64,000 nucleotides of DNA from Dicyema japonicum (Eukaryota > Animalia > Dicyemida). The notes beneath the pieces are model-generated. The model had not been told where the DNA came from, did no database searches, and saw only the letters and a list, made by a program, of their open reading frames with translations. Made by a program: the position numbers and the translations under genes. The stretch's first letter is position 1. Each line of letters opens with the position of its first letter. The stretch covers positions 595,232-659,231 of the forward strand of contig RDEW01000006.1 of assembly GCA_011109175.1 (NCBI GenBank), given 5' to 3'. This document shows, piece after piece, positions 42,599 to 54,783 of this stretch.

Positions 42599-43690
42599 GC
42601 GTTTTCCTGTTCGAATCTCGCTGCTGTACATTCTGGCTTTAGGTTCCGTTCATCTACGATGCTTCCTGGTTAGTGACACCGTCATCAATGATGCACCTCA
42701 TTGAAGAACCGATTGTCTACAGGGATGTTAATTCATGCCTTGGTTCCCTTTAACAATTATTTAGCAATCAATTACCCGTTCCTCATCTCTGTAGTCCCTC
42801 TTCTTTTTGCTACAAGATCCGATGGCACGTAGGAAGGGGAGCGATTCGGGTCCTAAGATCCCTGAGACGATGGGATTAAAATGGGACTCCAGATGTAAAT
42901 ATTGGAATTGTAGAAAAAAGTAACAGCAAACACAAAATCGCTGAGGAATACCTAACAGAAAGTCATCATAAGAATTTTATCCTTAATGGTGTTCCTCTTC
43001 TCTTTCTTACCCTTTTCCGTAATTTATAGACCTCCCACGATGTTTGAAGGACAGAGGGGTCGATGCATGCATCATTTCGTTCCAATGGCTTCCCCTCCTG
43101 AATATTTCGAATTACATAATTAATATAATTCTAACTATTGACCCCCGTCGACATGATCGATACAGCCGAAACAGAGATCAACTGGAGGAGCGACTGAGTT
43201 TCACGGAAGGCTTGAGTCCCAGTTTAGGAAATTGCTTTCACATTTGAATATCAGAAATGGAAGCTAATGTTCCCTCCATTTGAGAAGATAACAGTTTCGA
43301 CTGGGTACATTCAAAATTCGTGTAACCCAGTGTTTTTTAGCGTTGAGGAGACAACCTGTCTATGATGACTACATCAACCCCAGAATGAACCATGATTAGC
43401 ACGAGACCGCTTATTATTTCCCTCTATAATCTAGATCAGGCATGTCAAACTCAAAAGTCAAATATAGCAACTGTAATCAAACATTCAAGATTATCATTTT
43501 CACTCTTTATTTTGTCCTGAGGTTTGGTGACTCCTTTTCATGACAATTTTTTGTATAGATGGTTGAATTCGAGTTCCGGCTTTGATCAGGGAGGATAGGT
43601 GTTCATCAGTCAGCCTTGTTATCTGAGAAGATTTTGATTTCATTCTCCTTCACTGTACGGTTTACCACCCAAGCGGATCATTGGTTGAGT

Positions 43691-44070
43691 TTATAGCTTG
43701 CAGTAATAGAAGCGGCATAACAGTTTAATTTCGACGACTGTATAACAATCCTTTGTGCGGGCCACGTGTTTGAACGCCTGATCTAGACAGTCTGACGTAC
43801 TTAACTGATCTTCAGAAACAAACATCACCAGCACGTTTATTTCCGTTAGATTCTGGTGGAAAAGAAATGAAAGCTCAAAAAGACCTAGTGGCACCAAACA
43901 AACCACTCACGTGTTCCCGATACGCTGTAGCAGAGAGATGATCCTCCTCACTCGAACACACAGACAGGAATATGACATAGAACCGGATGTTCATAGTTGA
44001 ACGGGCACGCCCAGGGATTGTAGAGAAAATGACAGTTTTATTAAAAAAATCCACAACAAATATAAAATTC
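43691..44070 (-). CDS. hypothetical multi-exon gene
   Basis: Two open frames joined by a candidate 26-nt intron gtgagtggtttgtttggtgccactag; two CACGTG; upstream exon phase unresolved. Confidence 0.3.
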
Positions 44071-44474
44071 AAAATATTAATTTTACATTTTTTGAAAATT
44101 AAAAAAAATAGAAATAATAAAATTTATGAATCAAACAACATTACTCATAGGATAGATTCTATTCTAAACTAATTAAAAAGTAAAAAACTGAATTGTCACA
44201 AGAATAAAGACTCCGTTTGCACATCGGACAGTTCCCATTGGAGTATAACCAAGGATCAATGCATTCCTTATGGAATATGTGACTAAATCCGTTAGAAAAG
44301 CAACGACTTGCATGGAAGTGTTCGGATCGCTTCATTAATCGTCACTTCAGAAATGCAAATAGCACATGTCACGTCTGGGGTTCATTCTAGCATTAAATCA
44401 AGGTAACTTTATATTTACTCTCGCTCATATGGCGAAGATTTCTAACGAATTTTTTGACACGTGCCTAAAATATG

Positions 44475-45041
44475 CTACCAAAATACCTTATTTAATTGTC
44501 TCAAGATAGCAGAGGAGACTGTATCGCTTGTTGATGTAATAAAAATGATATAGAACACCACCATCCCCAAAACAAAGTACCCGAAGGTTGAGTAGTTTAT
44601 GGAGTTGTCATTTGTGTTTACTTTTTCCTCAAGCTTGGTCATTATAATTATGTTTGAATCTAAGATTGTCTTCAGTTTCTCCCCATCCGAGTAGGAGCAT
44701 GATATCACTGTGATATTTCCTGGCTTATAATAATCAGGAATACTCAACTCTGTACAAAAATGTTGGTCTACGGTCCCGTAGTTGAGGATTCCCGCGATGT
44801 TCATGATTTGGATTGTCTCCAAATATCTGATATCGAAATTTTTGGTTAACATTATCTTCCGGTTGCCAAATTTATAATTCTGTGGTGGTCTGTCCTCAAC
44901 AAGTTGGCCAGAAATGAGCTTTTTGTGGCAGTTTATTTCAACGTCCAGTTTCAATGAGTAATCCAAGTAAAAGACCTCCATTTGGAACTCGCCTGAGATG
45001 CAAAATATGAAGAATGCAAGTCGATAATTCATTTTATGCAC
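44475..45041 (-). CDS. orphan type I membrane protein (signal peptide, ectodomain, one TM helix), single exon
   Basis: 188-aa ORF; hydrophobic N-terminus RLAFFIFCISG; TM segment FGYFVLGMVVFYIIFI; N-glycosylation sequons NIT and NYS. Confidence 0.6.
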   Translation of the reverse strand: MHKMNYRLAFFIFCISGEFQMEVFYLDYSLKLDVEINCHKKLISGQLVEDRPPQNYKFGNRKIMLTKNFDIRYLETIQIMNIAGILNYGTVDQHFCTELSIPDYYKPGNITVISCSYSDGEKLKTILDSNIIIMTKLEEKVNTNDNSINYSTFGYFVLGMVVFYIIFITSTSDTVSSAILRQLNKVFW

Positions 45042-45353
45042 ATACTCAATTTAACGATCATTAGCTTAAATGAAAACCCAAAACCGCATTCAAATTAATT
45101 TAATAAATTAAAAAATTTTGACCATTCCCAGGGTATTCCCAATCCTGAGGGGTAAAGCCATTCAGTCAGGCTCCACTAACTCTACTGTATTAGATTATTT
45201 CAAAATTCATTTTGTCACAATTATGATAGACTCTTCAATGGGACCCCACGTGCTTTTAATGACCTGAAAGAGGTTTTATCCTGTGAACCATATCCTGTCC
45301 AAGCATCATGCCCATCCATTGTCCGAAGCACTCCATTGGACTAGTGAAGAGAG

Positions 45354-45410
45354 TGATCTGTTTTCGATGCAGGCATTGGAGTCTCTTGTGTAAGATGGAT
45401 CTCATGCGCC
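45354..45410 (-). repeat. Family A repeat core (P4 partly deleted)
   Basis: tgatctgttttcgatgcaggcattggagtctcttgtgtaagatggatc. Confidence 0.55.
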
Positions 45411-45602
45411 TCTAAGGATTTGAAGAAGGTAAAGAGCAGAAAGGAATACTTCGACCAAGTATGTAGCTATGTAGAAATCGAACCACACGTGAACGACTAA
45501 ACACTACGCTATCTGATCAACCACGTGCTACGTCTAGGAAACGCCAATGAAATTTTTTAGATGTCAATAAATAGAATTATTTAAAGGAAACTTCATATTT
45601 TT

Positions 45603-45700
45603 ATTTACCCCCGGTCCCTTCAAGTGAAGGAATCAGTAGCTAAAGGGACATCCCAGATCCATTACCAAGCAACTATTTAGAAGAGATTGGGTCTGTCCAC
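45603..45700 (+). repeat. Family B head plus downstream segment shared with 49541-49640
   Basis: atttacccccggtcccttcaagtgaaggaatc...atccattaccaagcaactatttag. Confidence 0.75.
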
Positions 45701-46659
45701 TTATATTCCTTTCCTCGTTTACAGGCGTTTAACTCCCATATATTTCGTTTAGTTATCTTGAAAGTTGTGACGTCAAGTTCAACAACCACACATCACCACG
45801 ACAATAATCAACCACATATATTCATATATTCACACTGAGTAAACATGAGAATTTAATGTCAAATATTTATTAGCTTTTAAATTATAAGAATAATCAAGGA
45901 AAAATTTTTTAGTTATTTAAAAATATGATCAATTGGTAATAATCCCCCCTTTCCGGCTGAAGGTTCCATACTGTTTGGCTCGAGAAGTGAAACCGGCTTT
46001 TGGGGTGGCATAGAAGTGGTTTATGGAGAAAAGTAGCATGACGCCCCACCATTGGAGATCCTAATTAGAAGTAATAACAGAATGGGTCCCAACGTGATCA
46101 GGAGACCACCAGACCTCAACGAGTTTGTCTGTGGTCAAGAAAGAAGTACCGAGCCAAGCTGAAAGTATGGATCAAATTTGTCGGAATAATCTAGTTTATT
46201 TTTTTGTTCTTGTAATAAATATTTAATTAGGTCGGTATGACCTTCCTTGATAAAAACAGTAAAGAAATCGGGAGACATCGCGAGGACGGGGAAAGGCTGC
46301 GTGACATGGCAAAGCGTCGCCAAAAATGGTAGAAACTAACTAGTAATTAAATTTTCTGTGGTGCACAGGCTTTGTTACGACCTATGACGTAAGTGGGAGT
46401 GGCACATTATTTTCGAAAATAATGCCATCCACAGGATTTTCATCCATCTGTGATCTGTCTTCTTCTATTTTCACTAATATATTACCAAGTGATTCGACCC
46501 ATACAAGCCACCTGTCTTAGATTCACATTCTGCAGACTCTGTAGAGATATCTCATCTGCCTCGAAAGTCAGTGTAATAATTTTATTTGAATGCCTTTATG
46601 ATACCCTGGTTGGTTGAGTGATTGACACTTCTCTAAAAATTTCTGTCTTTATCGCACTC

Positions 46660-46900
46660 TCAGTCTATATTATCCCGTTTACAATTGCCACTTTCAACGT
46701 CAGAGGACTCGCTTCGAGTACTAAACGGAAGACTTTATGCGTTGATTCCTCGATGAACTATGGAGACGTGCGAAGAGGAGAGCTACATGGAGAAAACTGG
46801 TAGATGGATAGTGGAGACCACGACACAAGCAGAACCCTAAGTATTCATATGCTTGTGGGAGTGCACTAACTTAACTAACTAACTTATGACACCCATAATA
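46660..46900 (+). mobile_element. decayed APE N-terminus of an RTE-like LINE
   Basis: FTIATFNVRGLASSTKRK. Confidence 0.6.
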
Positions 46901-47179
46901 CAGGCGAGTGGGTGCAGGCCTAAGCAGACAATCTGGTCTCCCAATCGGCGGGGATGCGACACACAGACTTTCAATCCGATTCGTAGTGAAATCTCGATAC
47001 AACGCATTCATCATTATTATTTTATTAACCTCGGATACACCGAGAAAGAAGTTAAAGTAACCAACTTATAAGTGTATCCACTTCTAGAGAAACAGAGTCC
47101 ATCCGGAATCAGCATAAAGGGTAAGACATCCATTACATGCAGTTGTGGAAACCCCTTCCAGTGGAGTGGGAAGAGCAAA

Positions 47180-47241
47180 TGATCCTTTTTCATGCCGGCC
47201 TGGCACTGGGCGTCACCTAGACAGGTGGATCACATGACGCC
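47180..47241 (-). repeat. Family A repeat core; the element spans about 47070-47320
   Basis: Reverse strand ggcgtc-atg-tgatcc-acc-tgtcta-ggt-gacgccc-a-gtgcc-aggcc-ggcat-gaaaaa-ggatca. Confidence 0.8.
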
Positions 47242-47536
47242 ACTCTATTAGGAAGAGAGGAGGAACATACAAGCAAGCAGAAAATTTAAACCAATTGACC
47301 ACGCAGCACCACATGGCTCCACGAGGCCTTATCACTTGGTCATTCATCATCGAAAAAGGTATCCGAAACTCCACTTGAAATTCCCTTGAACCAAGCTTCA
47401 CTTTCGGAAGACACCCCCATCTCATCATACTCTTTGGGTGTTAGTTAGATGACACCAATAGATCTTCAAATGACTCCTAAATATACAATTATTGGCGTAC
47501 CTATGCTAATTATACTTTTTTGATATTTACCTTTTG

Positions 47537-49394
47537 GGAATTTTTTTTCATCGCTATCTTTAATGATTTATTTTATTTAATAATCCCGAAAAGGGAACAC
47601 CAAGAAAGGAGTAAACCAACTAATTAAATGATCCTGGTACACCTCAAAAGGATCGAGAGGTTTTTCAAAGAATCTTTCATGATTGAAACTTGATCTCTTG
47701 ACTTAGTTTTTTACGTGTTTAAATAAATTTATTCAACCAACAATTCGATTCTGGTTGCTGAAACAACTCCGAGAGCGCCTTGTCCAATTGAACCCTCTGC
47801 CCATATGGCATCTCAGGGCTCTGCCTCCTATACTCCAGTGTCAGGCTCTCTAGGGTCCGCTTTAATACAGTGGACTGTAGATAGGCCTGGAGCTTCCTAT
47901 CTACCCCCAACTGCTTCAGATAACCTTTGTGGTACTTTGTTGCAATTCCTTCCCACGTCATTACTATTGGAATAACGAGGACCTTGCAACCAAGCATCTG
48001 CCCCATCTCGTTTGCAAGCAAGTCATACTTCCTTTTTTTCTCTATCTCCACAGTCTGCAAACAGTCTTGAGACGTAATGCCAACCTCTATGATAAGGACT
48101 TGGCCAGACTCCTTATCGTGTACCACAATGTCCGGTTTATTGTGATTGACTAGCACCGAGGTACGGATAACACTGTTTAACTTAATATGAACCCTGGTGT
48201 TATCTACTACAGATTGCACCTTATGTGTCCACAACTTTCTGGTGTGGCGAATACCATACTTATTGCATAGTAGAAGATGAAGACTCCTTACTACCTCGTT
48301 ATGCCTCCACACATAGTCGTGGCAGAGCATGGATCCACATCGAGTGGCTAAATGATCAACCGACATGCTCCTTGACTTACAGTGGGGACATGTATTTGTT
48401 GATCGACCCCAAAAAATATTGCGGTCTTGCATATACGTGTACAACGCCTCCGATCGAGGTGAGTTGTCACCGTATTTTAGCCATATTGTCGACGACTTAA
48501 GGTCGACATGTGGGTTGTCCAATGCTCTGAAGAGGACCTTATGAAGGCTTTTTAAGTTGATCTTTTCCATCAAATTATTATATTGTAATTCGATCAACGC
48601 CTTCACATTTACTAGCCCACCATCATCAACACCATACTTAGCAGACAAAAAATCTGATAGTGCCTAGGTGGGTTGCCCGTCTTTTCTCGGTCGTTATTAT
48701 GGCGTGCTTCCTAGCAGACACACTTGACCCAGCTATCAGGGTGTCGTGCATTCGCATTAGGATACGCTCACTTAGTTGGACTACTCCACACAGTCCACGG
48801 CCGAATTTATCACGGGGTAAATATAGTCTCTCCTTATTGGCTGCCAGCACATGGACATGGTTCTCTCTGAGTACTCCACGGATCATAACATCCATCTCAT
48901 CATACTCCTTGGGCTCAAACTCCACAACACCTATGTAGTAGTTTAGCAGCGAGACAGCATACTCATTTAATGCTAGGAACAAATTCCTTGCATTTAGAGA
49001 CGTCTTACATAATAACGCTGCTCTTTTACGAATGCCTTCAGTAATTTGTCGATTTGTCTCAGGCATTATAAGGGACTTTGGAGTTTCGGTAACACCCAGA
49101 TACTTATATCCTTCGTGTTCCTCTAGGACTCTTACTAACTCGCTACATACTTGCGTGTTAGTAGCAGACTTTGAATAATTCAAATCTAGTCCTATACTCT
49201 CAAAGAATTCCCTGACACAGACCCCCATGGAGTAGAGCTCCTTGGCTGTTCGAGCATACATCTTCAGGTCATCGACAAAAAGAAGGTGATTTGTGCTGAA
49301 ACAAACAGCCTCACAATGAACTGGTATTTGCTCTAACCGGTCATTGAGACGGAGACTCAATGGCTCCAAACAGAGAACAAAGAGCAGCTGAGAC
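47537..49394 (-). mobile_element. 5'-truncated R4/NeSL/Dong-like non-LTR retrotransposon (RT + CCHC + RLE) flanked by a 34-bp TSD
   Basis: SQLLFVLCLEPLS, NHLLFVDDLK, YKYLG, CPHC..HLATRC, RHNEV, KPDIV..IIEVGI, KKRKY; a single frameshift near 48640 in a T run; identical 34-mers at 47503-47536 and 49395-49428. Confidence 0.92.
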
Positions 49395-49540
49395 ATGCTA
49401 ATTATACTTTTTTGATATTTACCTTTTGAAAATGTTTGTTTTCCTTAGAATGAGTCTATCAAATTTGTTTAATCAATTTATTTAAAAGAACCAATCAACC
49501 GGAGGTCATACAGTAGCCGTCATGACTGCTTGGTTATTTC

Positions 49541-49640
49541 ATTTATCCCCGGTCCCTACAAGTGAAGGAAATCGGTGGCTAACTTGACATATCATATCCA
49601 TTACCAAGCAAACTATTTAGTTGAGATTGGTCTGTCCGCT
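49541..49640 (+). repeat. Family B head plus downstream segment
   Basis: atttatccccggtccctacaagtgaaggaaatcggtggctaac. Confidence 0.75.
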
Positions 49641-50204
49641 AATAGCCATCAGCGATCAAGGGGATCTCCTGTGCATATAGAAATCCGATTCCCTAGACGA
49701 CCCAGGAATTCCAGCGTAGAAGGCGTAAGAAAACAGGACGTTTCAACTGAGAGCGAAACAAACAAAAAATCCTCGGGTAGGACCGCGTATTTGCTCGTTT
49801 TGATCTCTCGGCCTTCTCAGCGAAAATTAAACTATACTTTCAAAAAAAGATCCCAAGAAAAAAGAGTACTTTTCAACAACACTAAAACTAATCATTTTTT
49901 AAAATGAAAAGGATATTTATTCAAAACAAAACGAACAACCAATTAAAGTGATTTAAGTGGCTGTCTCACCATCCTCGAATGAAAAAGACACTATTTTAAA
50001 GTGAAAAACATTTATGCTAACTAATTGTCGAGAGGAGACCAAGGAATTCAGTGAGAATGAACAGCAGAAAAATTCAAACACGGAATCATCTTAATTTAGC
50101 AGAGCACATATGACATTATGCTTTTTAAAACAAAAACTAAATAATTCTTAATCTACTAAAACAATAAATTTACAATAGAATATCAAATAAACAAAAAGAA
50201 AACA

Positions 50205-51882
50205 TCATCTCATAAACTGACTGGCATACTTCATTGCCGGGACATTAGGATGGGTCTATCAATGACACACACAACTACCACTGCAGAGAATGTTGTAAAT
50301 TTGGGGGAAAGATCAGAAGCTGTTATCGTTATATATGCGCCCAAATTCCCAACAGAATCACTGAAAGTCAAAAACACCACCACCAGTAATTTGGAGCTGA
50401 AAATATTGTTATGCATTTTCCTTCATGGGCCACCTCATAGCCCGACTCCTTGACCTCGTGGCTACGAATAATGTAGTCCAGCTGATTCTGTTCAAGAAAT
50501 CGCTTAGTAATATCGGGACCAAACTGAATTCCAACTCCCCGTTTACTTTCCCCGACTCCTTCCCCAGGCTGAGGGTCAGACCAGAGCAGATCAGTCATCA
50601 GACAGGCTAAAATAAAACAGTTCACTACAAGTATCCGGTGGTTGACAGAACCTTTTAATGCCGTTTACGGCTTCCATGGTTATTTCCGCAGCAGAGAGTC
50701 CGCCATGGACAACAAATACCCGCTGATTTATCAAATAAGCTAACGGAAGACTGTTAAACAACTGCGTGAAGCTCATCATCATTTCACCCCCGTACTAAAC
50801 TCAGAAGTAAATATACCTTGTATTTAACCTCTCCCTCAAATCCATACATCTGATTCATGGTAACAGTCTCGTGGTTCCCTAAAATAAGTCATCCGTAACC
50901 TCTGTTCAGGAAGAAGCTGTTCGGGTAAAGGAGACTGTAAGTGATGAGAAGAAGGATGCACTCCACGGAAAATGAACCACGATCTACAAAGTCCCCATTG
51001 AATAGCTATAATTGGTCCCACGTGGTCTACATATGCATTTTCGCTAGATGGGAATCCGTTAGTTTCGAATATGTTGAGCAGATCGTAGTACTGACCATGA
51101 ATGTCCCCACAAATTGTCAGTTTTGAATAATTGGAGACGTCAATGTGCCTCAACGTGGGCTTTGATCTCTGCATCTCGTTGGCCATCCCAATCAGCTGGA
51201 AATGACCGTTAGATAAACCTGTAAGGCGTATTTTCTGTGAAGTAGCTTCTGAGACTTTAAATGCTGGGCGAGATCACGTGCGAAATTATCAGTGACTCGT
51301 TTGTCCACCAACATGGGACCTTTGTAGGTTTCTTCTACAACTGGAAAATAAATTACCCCATAATTACATATTTTATCGATATTCTTCATATTAATCCCGG
51401 AATCCAGCTCCATCGAGTTGAGAGCCTTGAGTATGTTGTTTCTGTTAAGAGTTTTCTCGCATTCCTGCCGTTTTGCCATGGCAAATTTATCTCCCTTGCA
51501 GACTTCCAGAACCTTATATTTATGTGACTCAGTACATTATCGAAGTCATTTAAGGCTAACCTGAACTTCCCCAGGGCCATGTAGGCACAAGCGCGTCTGT
51601 AATATCCCTAAAGTAATTTGAGTAAAAAAACTTTGATAAACGACTCGTTGAGCTTGACTGCTTCATTGGCGTCGTTCACAGCCGCTCCGTAACTCTCCAG
51701 TTTTAGATGAGTGATACTCCGGTTGGCATAGAGAGTGGACAAGTCTTCATCGTTTGTTGTGACGGCAATTGCCTGTGAATAATTTTCCAGAGCCAAATTC
51801 AGTTTGTTTTCTCAACTTAATATTACAGCATACCTTTGAAGAAAACATTGGCAATCCGACGTAATCTCTCACTCTCAGACAT
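50205..51882 (-). CDS. PPP5C: serine/threonine protein phosphatase 5 (TPR + PPP domain), multi-exon
   Basis: [25 protein letters not shown]; [10 protein letters not shown]; Y|[11 protein letters not shown]; RGNHE; VHGG; DLLWSDP; IRSHE; FSAPNY; C-terminus [11 protein letters not shown]; introns such as 51006-51030 (25 nt). Confidence 0.95.
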
Positions 51883-52034
51883 GTGTTTTTAAATAATTTT
51901 TATTTTATTAAAAAATTCAATCAAAATAGTATTTTTTCAATTATTTTTAATAATAATTAAAATTTCGGAAAATTCAAGAAAAATTATTTTTCTCGCTTTT
52001 AAATTATTTTTTGACGCGTCCGATTTTAAACATT

Positions 52035-52139
52035 AATATCAAATAAACAAAAATCAAACATCATCTCATATACTGAGTGGCATACTTCATTCCTAGGACA
52101 TTAGGATGGGTCTATCGATAACACACCTTAACTACCACT
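52035..52139 (-). pseudogene. duplicated last intron, last exon and 3' UTR of PP5
   Basis: Similar to 50179-50282; encodes THPNVLGMKYATQYMR* and retains the GT..AG intron. Confidence 0.85.
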
Positions 52140-52253
52140 AACACACATGACTTTATTGGACTTCGCCACGTGGCCCATGTTGTCCTACGTGGCTAATTGG
52201 TCGAAGTTTTCTGATTGTTTTGCTTGTTCTTCCCTTTCCTTTCCTATTAGAGT

Positions 52254-52314
52254 GTCGTCATGTGATTTATTTTTCTAGGTGGCGCTTAGTGCCAGGTTGG
52301 CACGAAAAAGATCA
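52254..52314 (+). repeat. Family A repeat core; the element spans about 52160-52420
   Basis: Reverse complement of the 47070-47320 copy, including flanks. Confidence 0.75.
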
Positions 52315-52484
52315 TTTGCTTTCCACCACTCCACTGGAGGAATTTCCACAACTGCAAGTATAGACGTATTTTTCCTTTATGCTGATTTTGAGTGGACTTT
52401 TTTGTAGAAGTGGAAACTAAATACGCTTAATTTTTTTAATAAATAACAATTTATTGAAGAATAAAACCAAATAGTTAAAGGCTA

Positions 52485-52560
52485 CTGGCTGCTCTCAGGA
52501 TTGAGAGCGCATTTCCCCTTACGATCTGTAAGGAGATGCGCTCAATGAGCCAGCCCGCTT
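52485..52560 (-). mobile_element. extreme 3' ORF fragment of a CRE-like element
   Basis: WLIERISLQIVRGNALSILRAASS*. Confidence 0.7.
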
Positions 52561-52730
52561 AATTAGTTGTTTACTTTAATTTCTTTCTTGATGCATCCGG
52601 GGTTAATAAATTAAACATTAATATTTTGTTAATTTTCAGCCGAGAACCCTTAATGCAGATATGTTATGTTGGAGGAGATTGGAGTTATTGAAAACAGCAC
52701 CTAAATAATTAGCGAGAGCCGAGAGATGCG

Positions 52731-54480
52731 TTATGTTGAGCTTTGGGACCAAAAACGTGTTATGAACTCGAGAAAGGAAGATACTTGTATATTAACTTGA
52801 GAACCACTTGTCCGAGAATTTTGGAAATGACAGATAATAGTGAAATTGGTAGATATGGTCCTAGATCTGAAGGATCTGTATTGGGCTTCAGGATTGGGAT
52901 GATTTTTGGGAATCCGACAATAAGAAACAAAACGATGTCGGTCCTCAAACTGTGGTCGTTTGATCAAATACATTATTTTTCCACTACGTCTACCCAATTC
53001 TCAACTCAACAAGTTAGAATTCTCTCTACGGAGGGACATCCAGACAAATCTGGCTTGTCTACGCAGTGGACACCACATCACTATCAATATACGGATATAA
53101 ATTAGTGAATCAAAAATGTCAATTTTTTGCAACTTCTCTGAGTTAACAGCACACCTTTTCAATGCTCAGAATTCATACCATGTCCACCTGACATGCTGAA
53201 AGTGACCGATTTATTGCAACGACCAGAATTTGCCGCCTATTATTTGAAAACCACTGCCCTTTATACGGGTTGGTAAGGCAGGGGTACCTTAACTAACATG
53301 CTCGGTAAATTGACTTTCAGACGCATTCGATATTTTAATTTGTAAATAAATAAAGTGCTGACTATTAATTTAATTGATAATTGAGAAAATAAAAATATTT
53401 CGATAAAATTTAAAATCGTTAAATATTAATAGGAAACTTAACTAAGCACTTTTCTGCAATAAATTGTATTTTTTTTATTTTGAAAAATGCACTTTTTAAC
53501 AAAATAATAATTGTGGCAGTGACACCGTCATCAGTGATGCATCACTGCGGAACCGGGTTGTCTCAGGAATTTTCAGGTAAAAAAGAAAAGAATTAGAACT
53601 TATCAACGCCTTCGATGCCTTTGATGCATTTGCCTTGGATTTCTGCCTAAGCTTGTGTTTTGCAAATCCTAAAGGTGGAGATTGATCGACTTGTTTTAGG
53701 AGACGCTTAATGGCAGGCTGGCATCCAAAAAGGACCTATATCTTCCCTACTCCAATGAATGGGTTCTCAAAAATAAAGGAAACGGATGGACGTGATACTT
53801 GAACAGCATATTTCTTACACCGACAGTTAGTTAAGTTACCACGGCAACTTTGGTGTGGTACAAGTTCAGACATTCAGAAAGGTGATTTGTTGTCAACTAG
53901 GGGAGGTTGAAAGGAACAGAGGACATCTTTCGCATCATCAAGTCTACATAGATCGGTAAAGAAGAGACTCCGACCATGGCAACTGGATTTACCTTAATTA
54001 TACGTTAATCAACTTTTCCGGCGTCAATATTAACTTTAACTTAAACTAATCAAAGAGATCTCGCAGAGACCGCATATGAAGTATAAGCTCATGATGATGA
54101 GAAGGGATATGTCTCACTCCGACCGGAGAATCTGGATAAAGCACATTTCAGGTATATCTTATTAGTCAAGCATGACTCCCATGATGTTTGTCGCAGTATT
54201 GATTAAGATAATCGTGCTATTAGCAAAGGATTCTCGGTTTGATGCTGTAGTCCCTAAGGACTTCGTTTGGGAAACTGTAAGCTTTAGTTGAAAGAACTAT
54301 GAGGTCAGAGTATTTTAGAGCTCATTATGACCAATGTGGATGTCTGACAAATATTACTAGCAGCAATGTCAATATCATCTGTGTAGGATAGCAGGATGAA
54401 TTTTTTGTTCTAGGCTGTGGCAAATCGTGTATGAATAGGCTGAATGGAAGGAGTGAAAGACAAGATCATTGGGAACTCCA
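52731..54480 (-). mobile_element. scattered decayed RT fragments of the Jockey/I-like family (about 52731-53100 and 53830-54480)
   Basis: IIPILKPNTDPSDLGPYLPISLLSVISKIL; GVP..; LLSYTDDI. Confidence 0.65.
53674..53736 (+). repeat. Family A repeat core (decayed)
   Basis: ttaggagacgcttaatggcaggctggcatccaaaaaggacc. Confidence 0.6.
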
Positions 54481-54783
54481 TGTCTATCAGAAAAGTAACT
54501 GGCAAAAGCGGATGTTCCCAGAGATCCACCAGGTATGACTGCTGTGATGCAGATCTTGAAGGCGGACTGTGGCCAGTCTTGTGAGATCTTCAGTTGGCAG
54601 GTGTGTCGAATCCAGCAGCAATAAATAGCCGATAATATTATATTGAAAAAATGTCACTAATTTATTGAATATTTCCTATTAATTGAACTATTTAATATTA
54701 AATTTTACAAATAATTAAATAAATTATATTTAAATTGTTATTAAGTTGTCAAGTAATGCTGTTTTTTTCAATAGAATACAAAT

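Noticed and set aside
42580-42630. tRNA-like segment (gtgtagtg...gttcgaatc with a possible acceptor stem)
   Set aside because: Only about 50 nt, with no anticodon arm and a poor T stem; at most a decayed pseudogene or SINE relic
43436-43460. caggcatgtcaaactc, resembling a hAT terminal inverted repeat
   Set aside because: No partner TIR or TSD found nearby
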